NCBI GenBank assembly: GCA_035552575.1 | Contig: DASZLB010000207.1 | Coordinates: forward strand, 1,519 to 65,518 | DNA: 64,000 bases | Direction of reading: 5' to 3' | Source: Solirubrobacteraceae bacterium | GTDB taxonomy: Bacteria > Actinomycetota > Thermoleophilia > Solirubrobacterales > Solirubrobacteraceae | In this document: positions 9,961 through 18,785 of the stretch, piece by piece | Position numbering within the stretch: position 1 is the stretch's first letter | Layout: every line of letters begins with the position of its first letter | The notes under the pieces: model-generated | What the model was told of the DNA's origin: nothing | The model's input: only the letters and a program-made list of their open reading frames with translations | Database searches by the model: none | Translations under genes and position numbers: made by a program

Positions 9961-11022
9961 TCAGACGTCCTGCGGCAGCCGCGTGGGCTCGCTCTCGGTA
10001 GCGACCACACGCACCTCGACGCCCTCCAGCTCGGCTCGCTGCGCCGCGTCCCCGTCGCGCGTTCGTGGCGGGTTCAGCACGCGCTCGAGGATGTACGGCG
10101 GTCGCGCCTTGACCTCCTCGTACATGTGCGCGAGATACGAGCCGATTACGCTGAAGCAGATCAGCTGGATCCCGCCGACGAACAGGACGACGACGATCAA
10201 GGTTGCGTAGCCCTTCGGCGCGGCGCCCGGATCAACGATCTTCAGCACGATCTCGACGATCGCGGCGACGAGTGAGGCGGCGGTCGTGACCAACGCCAGC
10301 CAGCCGATCAGATCCAGTGGGACGTAGGAGAACGAAATGATCGCCCTTCTCGCCCAGCCGAAATTGGCGATCATGTTGTTCGAGGAGCGCCCGAACAGCC
10401 GCTCGGGGCGCTCGTAGGGCACGCCGATCTGGCGAAAGCCGACAAATGCGCGCAGCCCGCGCACGAAGCGGTGCGTCTCCGGGAGGCGGTTGATCGCGTC
10501 AACCGCCCGGCGATCGATCAACGAGAAGTCGCCTGCGTCGATTGGCATCGTCACGTACGCCAGTCGCTGAAAGACGCGGTAGAACGCCTTGCGCGTGGCG
10601 TTCATGATCGTCGGGCCCTCGCGCTTGACGCGCTCGCCGTAAACCACCTCGTAGCCTTCGCGCCAGCGCGCGACGAGCTCGGGGATCAGCTCCGGAGGGT
10701 CCTGCAGGTCTCCGTCGAGCAGGATCACGGCGTCGCCGGTCGCCAGACGCATGCCGCTCGAGTAGGCGCTCTGAGAACCGAACGCGCGAGTGTGGTGAAC
10801 GATCGTCACGCGCCTGTCGCGCGCGGCCAGCTGGGCGAGCACCTTCGGCGTGTCGTCGGGACTTCCGGAGTCGATGAAGATGATCTCCCAATCGACGCCG
10901 AGCGCCTCGAACGTCGCTGCGAGTCGCTCGTACATCACCGGCGCCGACTCGCCCTCGCGATAGCACGGAACGACGGCGCTCAATCGCGTCTCGGCGCCGG
11001 CGCCGTTCACGTCCGTTCTCAC
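9961..11022 (-). CDS. GT2 polyprenyl-phosphate glycosyltransferase (GtrB/ArnC-like)
   Basis: SAVVPCYRE, IDSGSPD, FGSQSA, LDGDLQDPPELIP, GYEVVYG.R, DAGDFSLIDRR, RFVRGL; two C-terminal TM; GSYLAHMYEEVKARP. GTG start at 11022 with TATCTT 6 nt upstream. Confidence 0.9.
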   Translation of the reverse strand: MRTDVNGAGAETRLSAVVPCYREGESAPVMYERLAATFEALGVDWEIIFIDSGSPDDTPKVLAQLAARDRRVTIVHHTRAFGSQSAYSSGMRLATGDAVILLDGDLQDPPELIPELVARWREGYEVVYGERVKREGPTIMNATRKAFYRVFQRLAYVTMPIDAGDFSLIDRRAVDAINRLPETHRFVRGLRAFVGFRQIGVPYERPERLFGRSSNNMIANFGWARRAIISFSYVPLDLIGWLALVTTAASLVAAIVEIVLKIVDPGAAPKGYATLIVVVLFVGGIQLICFSVIGSYLAHMYEEVKARPPYILERVLNPPRTRDGDAAQRAELEGVEVRVVATESEPTRLPQDV

Positions 11023-11043
11023 CACGCCAAGATACCGATTGCC

Positions 11044-12069
11044 ATGCCGACGCCAATCGCAGATTCCGCCGCCGATCCGCCGATCCCGCTCGGCGCGGAT
11101 CCGCCGCTCAGCCGTGTCGGCCTCGGAGCGTGGGCATTCGGACGCACGGGGTGGGGTGAGCAGCTCGACAGCGACTCGCGCGCGGCGATCTTGCGCTCCG
11201 TCGAGTTGCGCGTCAACTGGATCGACACGGCAGCCGTGTACGGCGATGGGCACTCCGAGCGGTTGATCGGCACGACGATCGCGCAACTGCCCGATTCCGA
11301 GCGACCGCTGGTTTTCACCAAGGGCGGCGTTTGCGTCGACTCGCGCAGCGGGCGAACTTTTCGCGATCTGGATCCCGCGTCGCTGCGCCGGCAATGCGAG
11401 CGTTCGCTCCGGCGACTGGGCGTCGAGCGGATCGATCTCTACCAGCTTCATTGGCCGATCGCGGACGCAAAGGCCGTCGAATCGGCCTGGGCGACGCTCG
11501 GTGCGATGCAGAGCGAGGGCAAGATCCGTTGGGCCGGCGTAAGCAACTTCGACCTCGCGTTGCTCGAACGCTGCAGCGCCGAGCGCCCGCTCGACGCGGT
11601 TCAGCTGCCGATGTCGCTGCTGAGCCGAAGCGCCGGCGAAGGCCTGCTGCCGTGGATCGCAAGAGGAGGTGCAACGGGCCTCGTCTACAGCCCGCTCGAG
11701 TCCGGATTGCTCTCCGGCGGGTTCTCCGAGCAGCGCCTGCGATCGCTGCAGGAGGACGACTGGCGACGGACGCGCAGCCAGTTCCGCCAGCCGCTCGTCG
11801 CTCGCACGCTTGACCTCGTCGAGCGCTTGCGCCCGATCGCCGGCGAGCTCGAGATCTCGCTGGCCGAGCTCGCGATCGCGTGGACCCTGACCTGGCCGGG
11901 CGTCGCTGGCGCGATCGTCGGCGCGCGCAACGCCGCACAAGTCGACGGCTGGATCGGAGCATCGAACCTCGTTCTCGATCGCGCGACCCTCCTGAAGATC
12001 GAGCGTGCGCTGTCGCTCAGCGGGGCGGGCCAAGGGCCGAGGCTGCCCCCGGGCAAACGCGAGCAGTGA
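11044..12069 (+). CDS. Aldo/keto reductase
   Basis: GLGAW, WIDTAAVYG, FTKGG, SLRRLGVERIDLYQLHWP, GKIRWAGVSNF, YSPL.SGLL; catalytic D-Y-K-H present. Confidence 0.92.
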   Translation: MPTPIADSAADPPIPLGADPPLSRVGLGAWAFGRTGWGEQLDSDSRAAILRSVELRVNWIDTAAVYGDGHSERLIGTTIAQLPDSERPLVFTKGGVCVDSRSGRTFRDLDPASLRRQCERSLRRLGVERIDLYQLHWPIADAKAVESAWATLGAMQSEGKIRWAGVSNFDLALLERCSAERPLDAVQLPMSLLSRSAGEGLLPWIARGGATGLVYSPLESGLLSGGFSEQRLRSLQEDDWRRTRSQFRQPLVARTLDLVERLRPIAGELEISLAELAIAWTLTWPGVAGAIVGARNAAQVDGWIGASNLVLDRATLLKIERALSLSGAGQGPRLPPGKREQ

Positions 12070-12149
12070 CGCCGCGGAGCGGCGCGTGGCGGGAACGGCG
12101 CGATCCGGCTAGCCGGCGCTTCCGGGGGATAGCTGGGATAATCGCCACC

Positions 12150-13049
12150 TTGACGATCGACTCCTCAACCAACCAACGACCCGCCCTTCGAGAGCTGCCG
12201 GCGTTCGTGCACCAGCCGTGGCAGATGTCCTACGGCGAGCGCACGGCGATCGAGGGCGTTCTGGCGATGCTCGAGCCGGCGCTGGCGATCGAGATCGGTC
12301 GCGCCGAGGGTGGGAGCCTGCGCCGCATCGCTGCGCATGCCCAAGAAGTCGTCTCGTTTGACATCGTCGAGGCCGGTGCCGAGCTGGCGGAGCTCGAGAA
12401 CGTGCGGGCGCTCGCCGGCGACAGTCACGCGATGCTGCCCGAGGAACTGGCGCGGTTGGCTGCGGCCGAGCGGAACGTGGACTTCGTGCTGGTCGATGGC
12501 GATCACACGACCGCCGGGGTCCGGCAGGACATGATCGATCTGCTCGATTCCGCAGCGATCGAGCGCACGGTGATCCTCGCTCACGACACGCTCAACGAGG
12601 AAGTCCGCCAGGGCCTTGAAGAAGTCGACTACGACTCCTACGAGAAGGTCGCCTGGATCGACCTCGACTTCGTCCCCGGTTACGTCGCCCAGCTGCCGGC
12701 GCGCTTGGGCGAGTGCTGGGGCGGTCTCGGCCTGATCGTCGTCGACTCCTCAGGAGCCTTCCGCGGTGGCGGACCGACGCGCGGCACCGATCTGTTTGCT
12801 CAGCACAAGCTGATCTGGCCCGCAGCCGAATGGATTCGCCAGGCTGGGCCAGACGCAGCCGCTCGCCTCTCCGATTTGACGCTGATCGCCGAGAGCGATC
12901 GCTCCGACGATCGGCAGGTCGCGGCGCTCGCGATCGAACTCGAGCGTCACCGTGCATGGCTGCGTGGGATCGAAGGCTCCGTCAGCTGGCGGCTCACCGC
13001 TCCGCTTCGCGATCTCAAGCGTCGCCTGCGTGAACGCCTGAACGCCTAA
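12150..13049 (+). CDS. Class I SAM-dependent methyltransferase (Methyltransf_24-like) with C-terminal SWRLTAPLR tail
   Basis: IEIGRAEGGS, GDS, DFVLVDGDH, ILAHD. TTG start at 12150 with GATAAT 7 nt upstream. Confidence 0.82.
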   Translation: MTIDSSTNQRPALRELPAFVHQPWQMSYGERTAIEGVLAMLEPALAIEIGRAEGGSLRRIAAHAQEVVSFDIVEAGAELAELENVRALAGDSHAMLPEELARLAAAERNVDFVLVDGDHTTAGVRQDMIDLLDSAAIERTVILAHDTLNEEVRQGLEEVDYDSYEKVAWIDLDFVPGYVAQLPARLGECWGGLGLIVVDSSGAFRGGGPTRGTDLFAQHKLIWPAAEWIRQAGPDAAARLSDLTLIAESDRSDDRQVAALAIELERHRAWLRGIEGSVSWRLTAPLRDLKRRLRERLNA

Positions 13050-13057
13050 CGCAGCCG

Positions 13058-15550
13058 GTGCAGGCCCCCCAGATCGACGGCTCTGAGCGTCCACTTCGCT
13101 TGAGCGTTTGCATCCCGACGCATCACGGCAGAGGCACCAAGCTCGATCAACTGCTCGAACGCCTCGCGGCCGAGCCCGACCGATCGCAGATCGAGGTGTG
13201 CATCAGCGACAACGCCTCTCACGACGGCACGGCCCAGATCGTCGAGCGTCATCGAGCGAGCTTTGGCGAGCGTCTGCACTACGCTCGCAACGAGCACAAC
13301 GTCGGATGGGGCGAGAACCTCCTGCGCGCCGTCGAGCTGGCTCGCGGCGAATACTGCTGGCTGCTTGGGTCAGACGACGCGCCGGCACCCGGATCGATTC
13401 GCAGGCTGCTCGAGCTGATCGACGAGCACGCCGGGACCTCGGGCATCCATCTCGGCCACTTGCGCGTGACCCCGGACCTCGCGCGGATCGGCACGGCAGT
13501 GGCCAGCGAGTCCTATCCGGCTCAGCGCCTCACGACGCGCTTGCGCGGTGCCAGGGAGGTCGGGCTGGCGAGCTATCTCACGTTGTTCCTGTCGAACAAT
13601 GTCGTGCGCCGCGATCGTTGGCAACGGGTCGCCGACTCCGAGCGCGCGCAGATGCTCGAGTTCCCGCTCGTGCCCCACATGTACATGCTCGGACGCGTCG
13701 CCGCGGCTGACCCGGACTGGGTGTGGTGTCCCGAGCTTCTCGTGATCTCGCGCGAGGGCGACATCTTTCTGCGCGAGCCGTCCGAGATCGGGCTCGACAC
13801 GCGGATCGTGCGCGAGCTGATCGACGAGCTCGACCGACTGTGGAGGTCGCTGCACGGCAGCCGCGCGTACGTGCGCCGCGCGCTGATGTTCAAGGCGCTG
13901 CGCCAGATGGCGACGCACGGCGATCTGCTGCAGCTGCGAATGAGCGTCGTGCGCTTCCGCGAGCACATCCAGCTGCTCAGCCTGACGCGTCACTTCTGGT
14001 GGTCGAGCGAGTACTGGCGACATTCGCTGCCTGCCCTGCTGGTTCCGATCGCGCCCCTGCGCTACGCCTCGGGTGGGCCACGCCGGCGCGCATCGCGTCG
14101 TGCAGCCGCACACGAGCGCAACGTCCAGGTTTCCAACGAGCTGCCCTCCGAGATGTACACGGGCTACGCGACGTGGGTCCGTCTCAGCGTCGTCAATCGA
14201 GGCCCGGTCGAGCTGTCCTCCGCCGGGCCGTTCTCGGCCTGGCTGGCGTGTCGCTGGGAGGATCCTGAGACGGGAGCGGTCGCTCACTCCGGCTCTCCGA
14301 CGAAGCTGTGGCCGCCGTTGCGCCCGCAGACGAAGCGCAGCGTCGAGATGTCGATCACGCCGCCGCCGCTCCCGGGCCGCTACCGCTTGGTGATCGCACC
14401 GGTGGAGCGCTTCGACGGCTGGTACGACGGCGACCAGCGCGCGAGCGGCGCGAGCGCAATCGTCGCCGTCCGCTCCCTGCCCGGTAGGCAGCCCGCTGAG
14501 ATCGTCGGATCGCAGCCGGCGCAGGCGCCGCCGATCGCTGAGGCGCACGAAGCTCTTCCGAGCCTCGCCGAGATGACGCGCGCGGCGCAGAGCGCCGATC
14601 CGCAATGGCGCGCGAGCGGCTGGCGCGAGCAGCGCGACGCGCACACGCTCGAGATCCTCAACGAAGCCGGCTTCGAGGCGGCGCGGCGCACCGTCGAGGA
14701 CACTTCGCCCGAGCGTCACGGCGTCCGGCTCTCGCGAGAGTACGTCGAAGTGGCGCGCGCGTGGCTGAGCGAGCCCACGACAGCTGTGCTGCTGGCGCGT
14801 CCGCGCGGCGCCCGACGGTCGCTGCGCGTCGATAGGCGAGCGCGCGCAGTGCGTATCGCGATGACCTGGGAGCTTGCGCGCGGCCGACTCGGGTCGCCAC
14901 TTGAAGCTCTGCAGGAGCCACAACCGGACGACTCCTCGGTACGTCACCGCGGACGGCTGATCTCGGAAGATCTCGCGATCTCGGCGCTCGAGCTTGCGAC
15001 GATCGCCGAAGTCGTTCCGGCGAGTCGGCTGACGACTGCGCGTGCGATCCAGCTGGGTGGCGGCTACGGGCGGCTGCCATGGTTGGCGCTGTCACTGAAT
15101 CGCGGCATGCGCTACGTGCTGGTCGACTACCCGCCTTCGCTCGCGATCGCGCAGCGCTACCTGACCGAGGCGTTGCCGGAGCGGCGCGTCTTCCCCTACC
15201 GCCACTTCGAGGAGCCCGTCGAGCTGCTCGAGGAGCTGCTTGCCTCGGAGATCGCTTTTCTCACGCCGAACCAGCTCGCGCTGCTGCCGCCGCTCGGCGC
15301 AGATCTTTGGCTGAGTGTCTTCTCTCTCCATGGCCCGTCACGCGAGCAGATCGCGGCGCACCTCCAGCAGGCCGACCGCCACGTCTGCGGATGGGCCTAC
15401 ACGAAGCAGTGGCGGGTCTCGGTCAACCACGTCGACGACGTCGCGATCGAGCAGCGCGAGTATCCCTACCCGCCGCATTGGCGACGTGTGCTCGAGCGTC
15501 CACAGCAACTGCAGCCCGACAGCTTCGAGGCGGTGTTCGAGAAACCGTGA
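13058..15550 (+). CDS. Multidomain GT2 (RfbV-like) + Ig-like domain + putative sugar O-methyltransferase
   Basis: N-terminus LSVCIPT, ISDNASHDGT, RNEHNVG...N, GEYCWLLGSDD; middle V.NRG...L..RW...P..PGRY.L; C-terminus IQLGGGYGRL, RYVLVDYPPSLAIAQRYL. Confidence 0.82.
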   Translation: MQAPQIDGSERPLRLSVCIPTHHGRGTKLDQLLERLAAEPDRSQIEVCISDNASHDGTAQIVERHRASFGERLHYARNEHNVGWGENLLRAVELARGEYCWLLGSDDAPAPGSIRRLLELIDEHAGTSGIHLGHLRVTPDLARIGTAVASESYPAQRLTTRLRGAREVGLASYLTLFLSNNVVRRDRWQRVADSERAQMLEFPLVPHMYMLGRVAAADPDWVWCPELLVISREGDIFLREPSEIGLDTRIVRELIDELDRLWRSLHGSRAYVRRALMFKALRQMATHGDLLQLRMSVVRFREHIQLLSLTRHFWWSSEYWRHSLPALLVPIAPLRYASGGPRRRASRRAAAHERNVQVSNELPSEMYTGYATWVRLSVVNRGPVELSSAGPFSAWLACRWEDPETGAVAHSGSPTKLWPPLRPQTKRSVEMSITPPPLPGRYRLVIAPVERFDGWYDGDQRASGASAIVAVRSLPGRQPAEIVGSQPAQAPPIAEAHEALPSLAEMTRAAQSADPQWRASGWREQRDAHTLEILNEAGFEAARRTVEDTSPERHGVRLSREYVEVARAWLSEPTTAVLLARPRGARRSLRVDRRARAVRIAMTWELARGRLGSPLEALQEPQPDDSSVRHRGRLISEDLAISALELATIAEVVPASRLTTARAIQLGGGYGRLPWLALSLNRGMRYVLVDYPPSLAIAQRYLTEALPERRVFPYRHFEEPVELLEELLASEIAFLTPNQLALLPPLGADLWLSVFSLHGPSREQIAAHLQQADRHVCGWAYTKQWRVSVNHVDDVAIEQREYPYPPHWRRVLERPQQLQPDSFEAVFEKP

Positions 15551-15600
15551 GCCGGGCGGTGACGCGGAGCAGGCGACGCACCGACACCAGCCGTCGTCGG

Positions 15601-17547
15601 TCAGGACGGAATTCGTACTCCCGCCATCAGCTCCGGCGCATGATCGATCAACGCCGCGAACGCGTCGCCGGCCGACAGGTTCGTCTGCGTGATCATCGAG
15701 CTGTGGCCGACCCGGTAGCGAGCGATGATCTCCGGCACGAACACCGCGCTCCTGCCGGCCTCTGCCATCCGTACCCATAGGTCGTAGTCCTCCCATCCAT
15801 ATAGGCGGGGGTCGTAGGAGTAGCCTCCCAGCGCCTCGATCGCCTCGCGTCGAATCAGCGAGAAGGCGTCGATGTAGTTACCCGCGCGCAAACGAGCCGG
15901 CTCCCAGTCGAAGCAGCTCAGCAGTCCTTCGGGCCCGTCGGTCGAGAAGCGCTCCATGATTCCGTAGGCGAAGCTCACCTCCGGCCTGGTCTCGAGCGCC
16001 TCGAGCAGCCGCCCCATCGCTGTCGTGCGCAGTTCGTTGTCGGCGTCGAGCATCAGCAAGCAATCCGCACGCGACTGCTCGACACCGGTGTTGCGCGCGG
16101 CCGCGAGCCCACGGTTGAGATCGTGGCGCACGAGCCTGCCCGACAGCCGCGGATTAGCTTCGAGCCAACGACGGACTCGATCGCCGCCGCCGTCTGTCGA
16201 GGCGTCGTCGACGACGACGACCTCCCAATCGGATCGCGACGAGCGCGCGAGCGAGCCGAGCGCGGCGAGCACCTCTTCGGCATGGTTGTACAGCGGCACG
16301 ATCACGCTGAGCGCCGACGACGGCTCGGCCGACCACCGCTCCGACTCCGCGATCACGCGAGTGCGCGGCTCGTGCACGCTCTGCGCGGCGATGTCGTAGT
16401 GGACGCGATCGATCTGCCGCCGCAGCGAGCTGACCGAGAGCAACTGGTTCTTCAGCCCTTTCAGGATCAGGCCGTGGCCTTCGGATAGATCGCGCTGAGC
16501 CGGCTGATGCTCGAGGACCGGCGGGTTTTCGCGAAAATGCCCGCGTGCGCGCTCCTGTCTGGAGGTGAGCTCGAGATCGATCCCGATCGGAGCAGCGTCA
16601 ACCTCGCGCGCCGCGTGGACCAGCGCAGCCGCTGCGTGTGCGAGCGGGCGGCGATCGCGCAGCAGCTCGTAGGCCTCAGAGCGCATCCGCTCCCGACGCG
16701 GGCCATCCTCGGCGATCCAGGCGCTGAGCAGTCCGAGACTGCCGAGCTCGCCAGTGATCAGATGGCGGCCCCACTCCAGCGGCGCGACGTCAGAGGAGTG
16801 CTCGCTGACGATCGCGCATCCCGCACAGATCGCCTCGGCGATTCGCAACCACTCGAAGTAGGGCTCCTCCTCTCCATGGACGTTGAGCAGCACCTTCGCG
16901 CGTGCCAGCAGGTCACGCTTCTGCTCCCCGGCGACGAACGCCGCGCCGCCGGCGACGTTCGGCCGCGAATTGTCAGACAAGCCGATGTGACAGCGAAAGC
17001 GCTCGAACACGTCCGCGTAGGAGGCAAGGGCGAACGCGCGACGATCGCTGAGCCGGCCGAGGAAGAGGATGTCGATGTCGCGCTCCACGGGCGCGCTCGC
17101 CCCGTTCGCGCGCGCCTCCCCGTCGAATTTGTCCCATAGCTCGGTGTGCCCGAGCTCGAGCAACTTCGCCTCGACGCCATCGGCACGATAGGCGCGGACC
17201 GATCGCGGGTTGATGTCGAACACGGCTCCCGCCTCGCGTGCCAGCGGCACGTTCGCCGTGAAGAAGTGCGTCTCGGGTTGCTCGGCGGAGATCATGATGC
17301 TGCGCTTCAGCAGCGGAGCCGGAGGGCGGTATCGCGACAGCGAGACGTACTCGTGCGGCGGCAGGAAGACGTGCACGAGACCCTTGCGCGGGAACGGGAT
17401 CTCGCCGGTCGCGATGCTCGCGCTCACCCCGAGCGCGCGAAGCTCGTACGTGAGCGCCTCGGCCAGCTCGACGAAGAACTGGTTCTGCCCGCGCGCCATC
17501 GCGAACGAGACCTCGGGCTGCCCCGACCCCTGCCCGGTCGTCGTCAC
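15601..17547 (-). CDS. Two-domain glycosyltransferase (N-terminal GT-B/CgeB-like, C-terminal GT2)
   Basis: RDIDILFLG.L..RR, AKVLLNVH, FEWLRI.EA; SVIVPLYN, VVDDASTD, NRGLAAARN, LDADN, WEDYDLW. GTG start overlaps the upstream TGA. Confidence 0.87.
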   Translation of the reverse strand: MTTTGQGSGQPEVSFAMARGQNQFFVELAEALTYELRALGVSASIATGEIPFPRKGLVHVFLPPHEYVSLSRYRPPAPLLKRSIMISAEQPETHFFTANVPLAREAGAVFDINPRSVRAYRADGVEAKLLELGHTELWDKFDGEARANGASAPVERDIDILFLGRLSDRRAFALASYADVFERFRCHIGLSDNSRPNVAGGAAFVAGEQKRDLLARAKVLLNVHGEEEPYFEWLRIAEAICAGCAIVSEHSSDVAPLEWGRHLITGELGSLGLLSAWIAEDGPRRERMRSEAYELLRDRRPLAHAAAALVHAAREVDAAPIGIDLELTSRQERARGHFRENPPVLEHQPAQRDLSEGHGLILKGLKNQLLSVSSLRRQIDRVHYDIAAQSVHEPRTRVIAESERWSAEPSSALSVIVPLYNHAEEVLAALGSLARSSRSDWEVVVVDDASTDGGGDRVRRWLEANPRLSGRLVRHDLNRGLAAARNTGVEQSRADCLLMLDADNELRTTAMGRLLEALETRPEVSFAYGIMERFSTDGPEGLLSCFDWEPARLRAGNYIDAFSLIRREAIEALGGYSYDPRLYGWEDYDLWVRMAEAGRSAVFVPEIIARYRVGHSSMITQTNLSAGDAFAALIDHAPELMAGVRIPS

Positions 17548-18668
17548 TTGGCGAACTTGCGCGCCAGCGCGGCAGCTTGGCGCAGGAAACGGGTGAGCTT
17601 CCAACTCGAGGACTCGACGAGGACGGTGTAGCGTGTCGCGATCTCCTCGAGCTGCTCGAGATGGACTTGCCGTCGCTGGAGCTCGTGGTTCATCGCGAGC
17701 AGCTGGTCGTTGACGTCGAGCAGCTCTCGCAGCTGCGCGTCCAGCTCGGGCATCCGCGCCAGCTCTGACTCTGTCTTCGCGAGCTGGTTGCGCAGCTGGT
17801 GCATCTCGTTGCGCAGCTGTCCATCAGTGATCGCGTGGTCGGAAAACACCTGCTCGTGCGCCGTGAGCAGCTCGCGCTGCTGCTCGAGGACCACTGCCTG
17901 CTCGTGCCATAGCTCGTCCCACTTGCGCAGTTCGACCGAGGTCGTCAGCTCGAAGATCGGCCGAAGTCGGGGCAACTCGCGCTGCCCGGCGAGCGCGACC
18001 GTATACAGCTCGCCGCCCGGCTCGTCGGCGATCAGCTTGCGCACGTCCACAGTCATCAAGGCATCTTCGCCGAGGTGGAACTGCTCGTCGTCGAGCACGC
18101 CCGAGGCAATCCATGTGTGCTGTCGCTCAGCAGTCGCGAACGCAAATCGGCTCGCCAGCTCGGCTTCGAGCTCGTCCGGCGTGTACTCGTGCACGTGGTG
18201 TGGATTACCTGGCGGATAGACGTTCCGGTTTGGCGATGAGACCGCAAGCACACCGTCGGCTGCGAGCACTCGCCGAAACTCGCTGAGCGCGCTGCCGGGG
18301 TCACCCAGATGCTCGATCACCTCGAAGCACACGACGACGTCGAAACTGCCGTCCTCGTACGGCAGCGAGGTCACGTCGCCCTGCTCGAGGGCGACGTTCG
18401 CGGGCATCGTCGCGCGGACCGCGTCGAGCACCTCGGCAGCGCGATCGAGTCCGACGACCTGTGCGGCGCCGGCGCCGGCGAGCAGCACCGTGCCATAGGC
18501 AGTGCCGCAGCCGGCATCGAGCACACGGCGACCCTCGGCCAGCTGCGCCGCCCATCGGTAGCGCGCGAGATGCTCGGCCTCGAGCAGTTGCCCTTGCATC
18601 GTCTCCGGGTCAAACCGCTCGGGCACCTCAGAAGCCGGCGCGGCGTCGTTCAGCAGATGATCGCTCAT
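17544..18668 (-). CDS. SAM-dependent methyltransferase with C-terminal coiled coil (WbdD-like chain-terminator candidate)
   Basis: EHLARY, VLDAGCGTAYG, FDVVVCFEVIEH, SSPN, NPHHVHEY; about 90 aa Q/E/L heptad region ending SSSWKLTRFLR. TATCCT 6 nt before ATG 18668. Confidence 0.87.
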   Translation of the reverse strand: MSDHLLNDAAPASEVPERFDPETMQGQLLEAEHLARYRWAAQLAEGRRVLDAGCGTAYGTVLLAGAGAAQVVGLDRAAEVLDAVRATMPANVALEQGDVTSLPYEDGSFDVVVCFEVIEHLGDPGSALSEFRRVLAADGVLAVSSPNRNVYPPGNPHHVHEYTPDELEAELASRFAFATAERQHTWIASGVLDDEQFHLGEDALMTVDVRKLIADEPGGELYTVALAGQRELPRLRPIFELTTSVELRKWDELWHEQAVVLEQQRELLTAHEQVFSDHAITDGQLRNEMHQLRNQLAKTESELARMPELDAQLRELLDVNDQLLAMNHELQRRQVHLEQLEEIATRYTVLVESSSWKLTRFLRQAAALARKFAK

Positions 18669-18785
18669 CGGCTGAGGATATAGACCGGCGGAGAGGAGCC
18701 CGCGAAGCCCAATGCGCGCCGATCCCACTCGGCGCGACTGGACTTCATGCTAGGTTCGCCGCGTGGCAGGCTCGCTGCGGCGCCG

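Noticed and set aside
9961-12069. Apparent 1.5-kb antisense overlap between ORFs 9961..12033 (-) and 10471..12069 (+)
   Set aside because: Recognisable domains begin near 11022 (GT2) and 11044 (AKR); the extensions are just each other's stop-free reverse frames.
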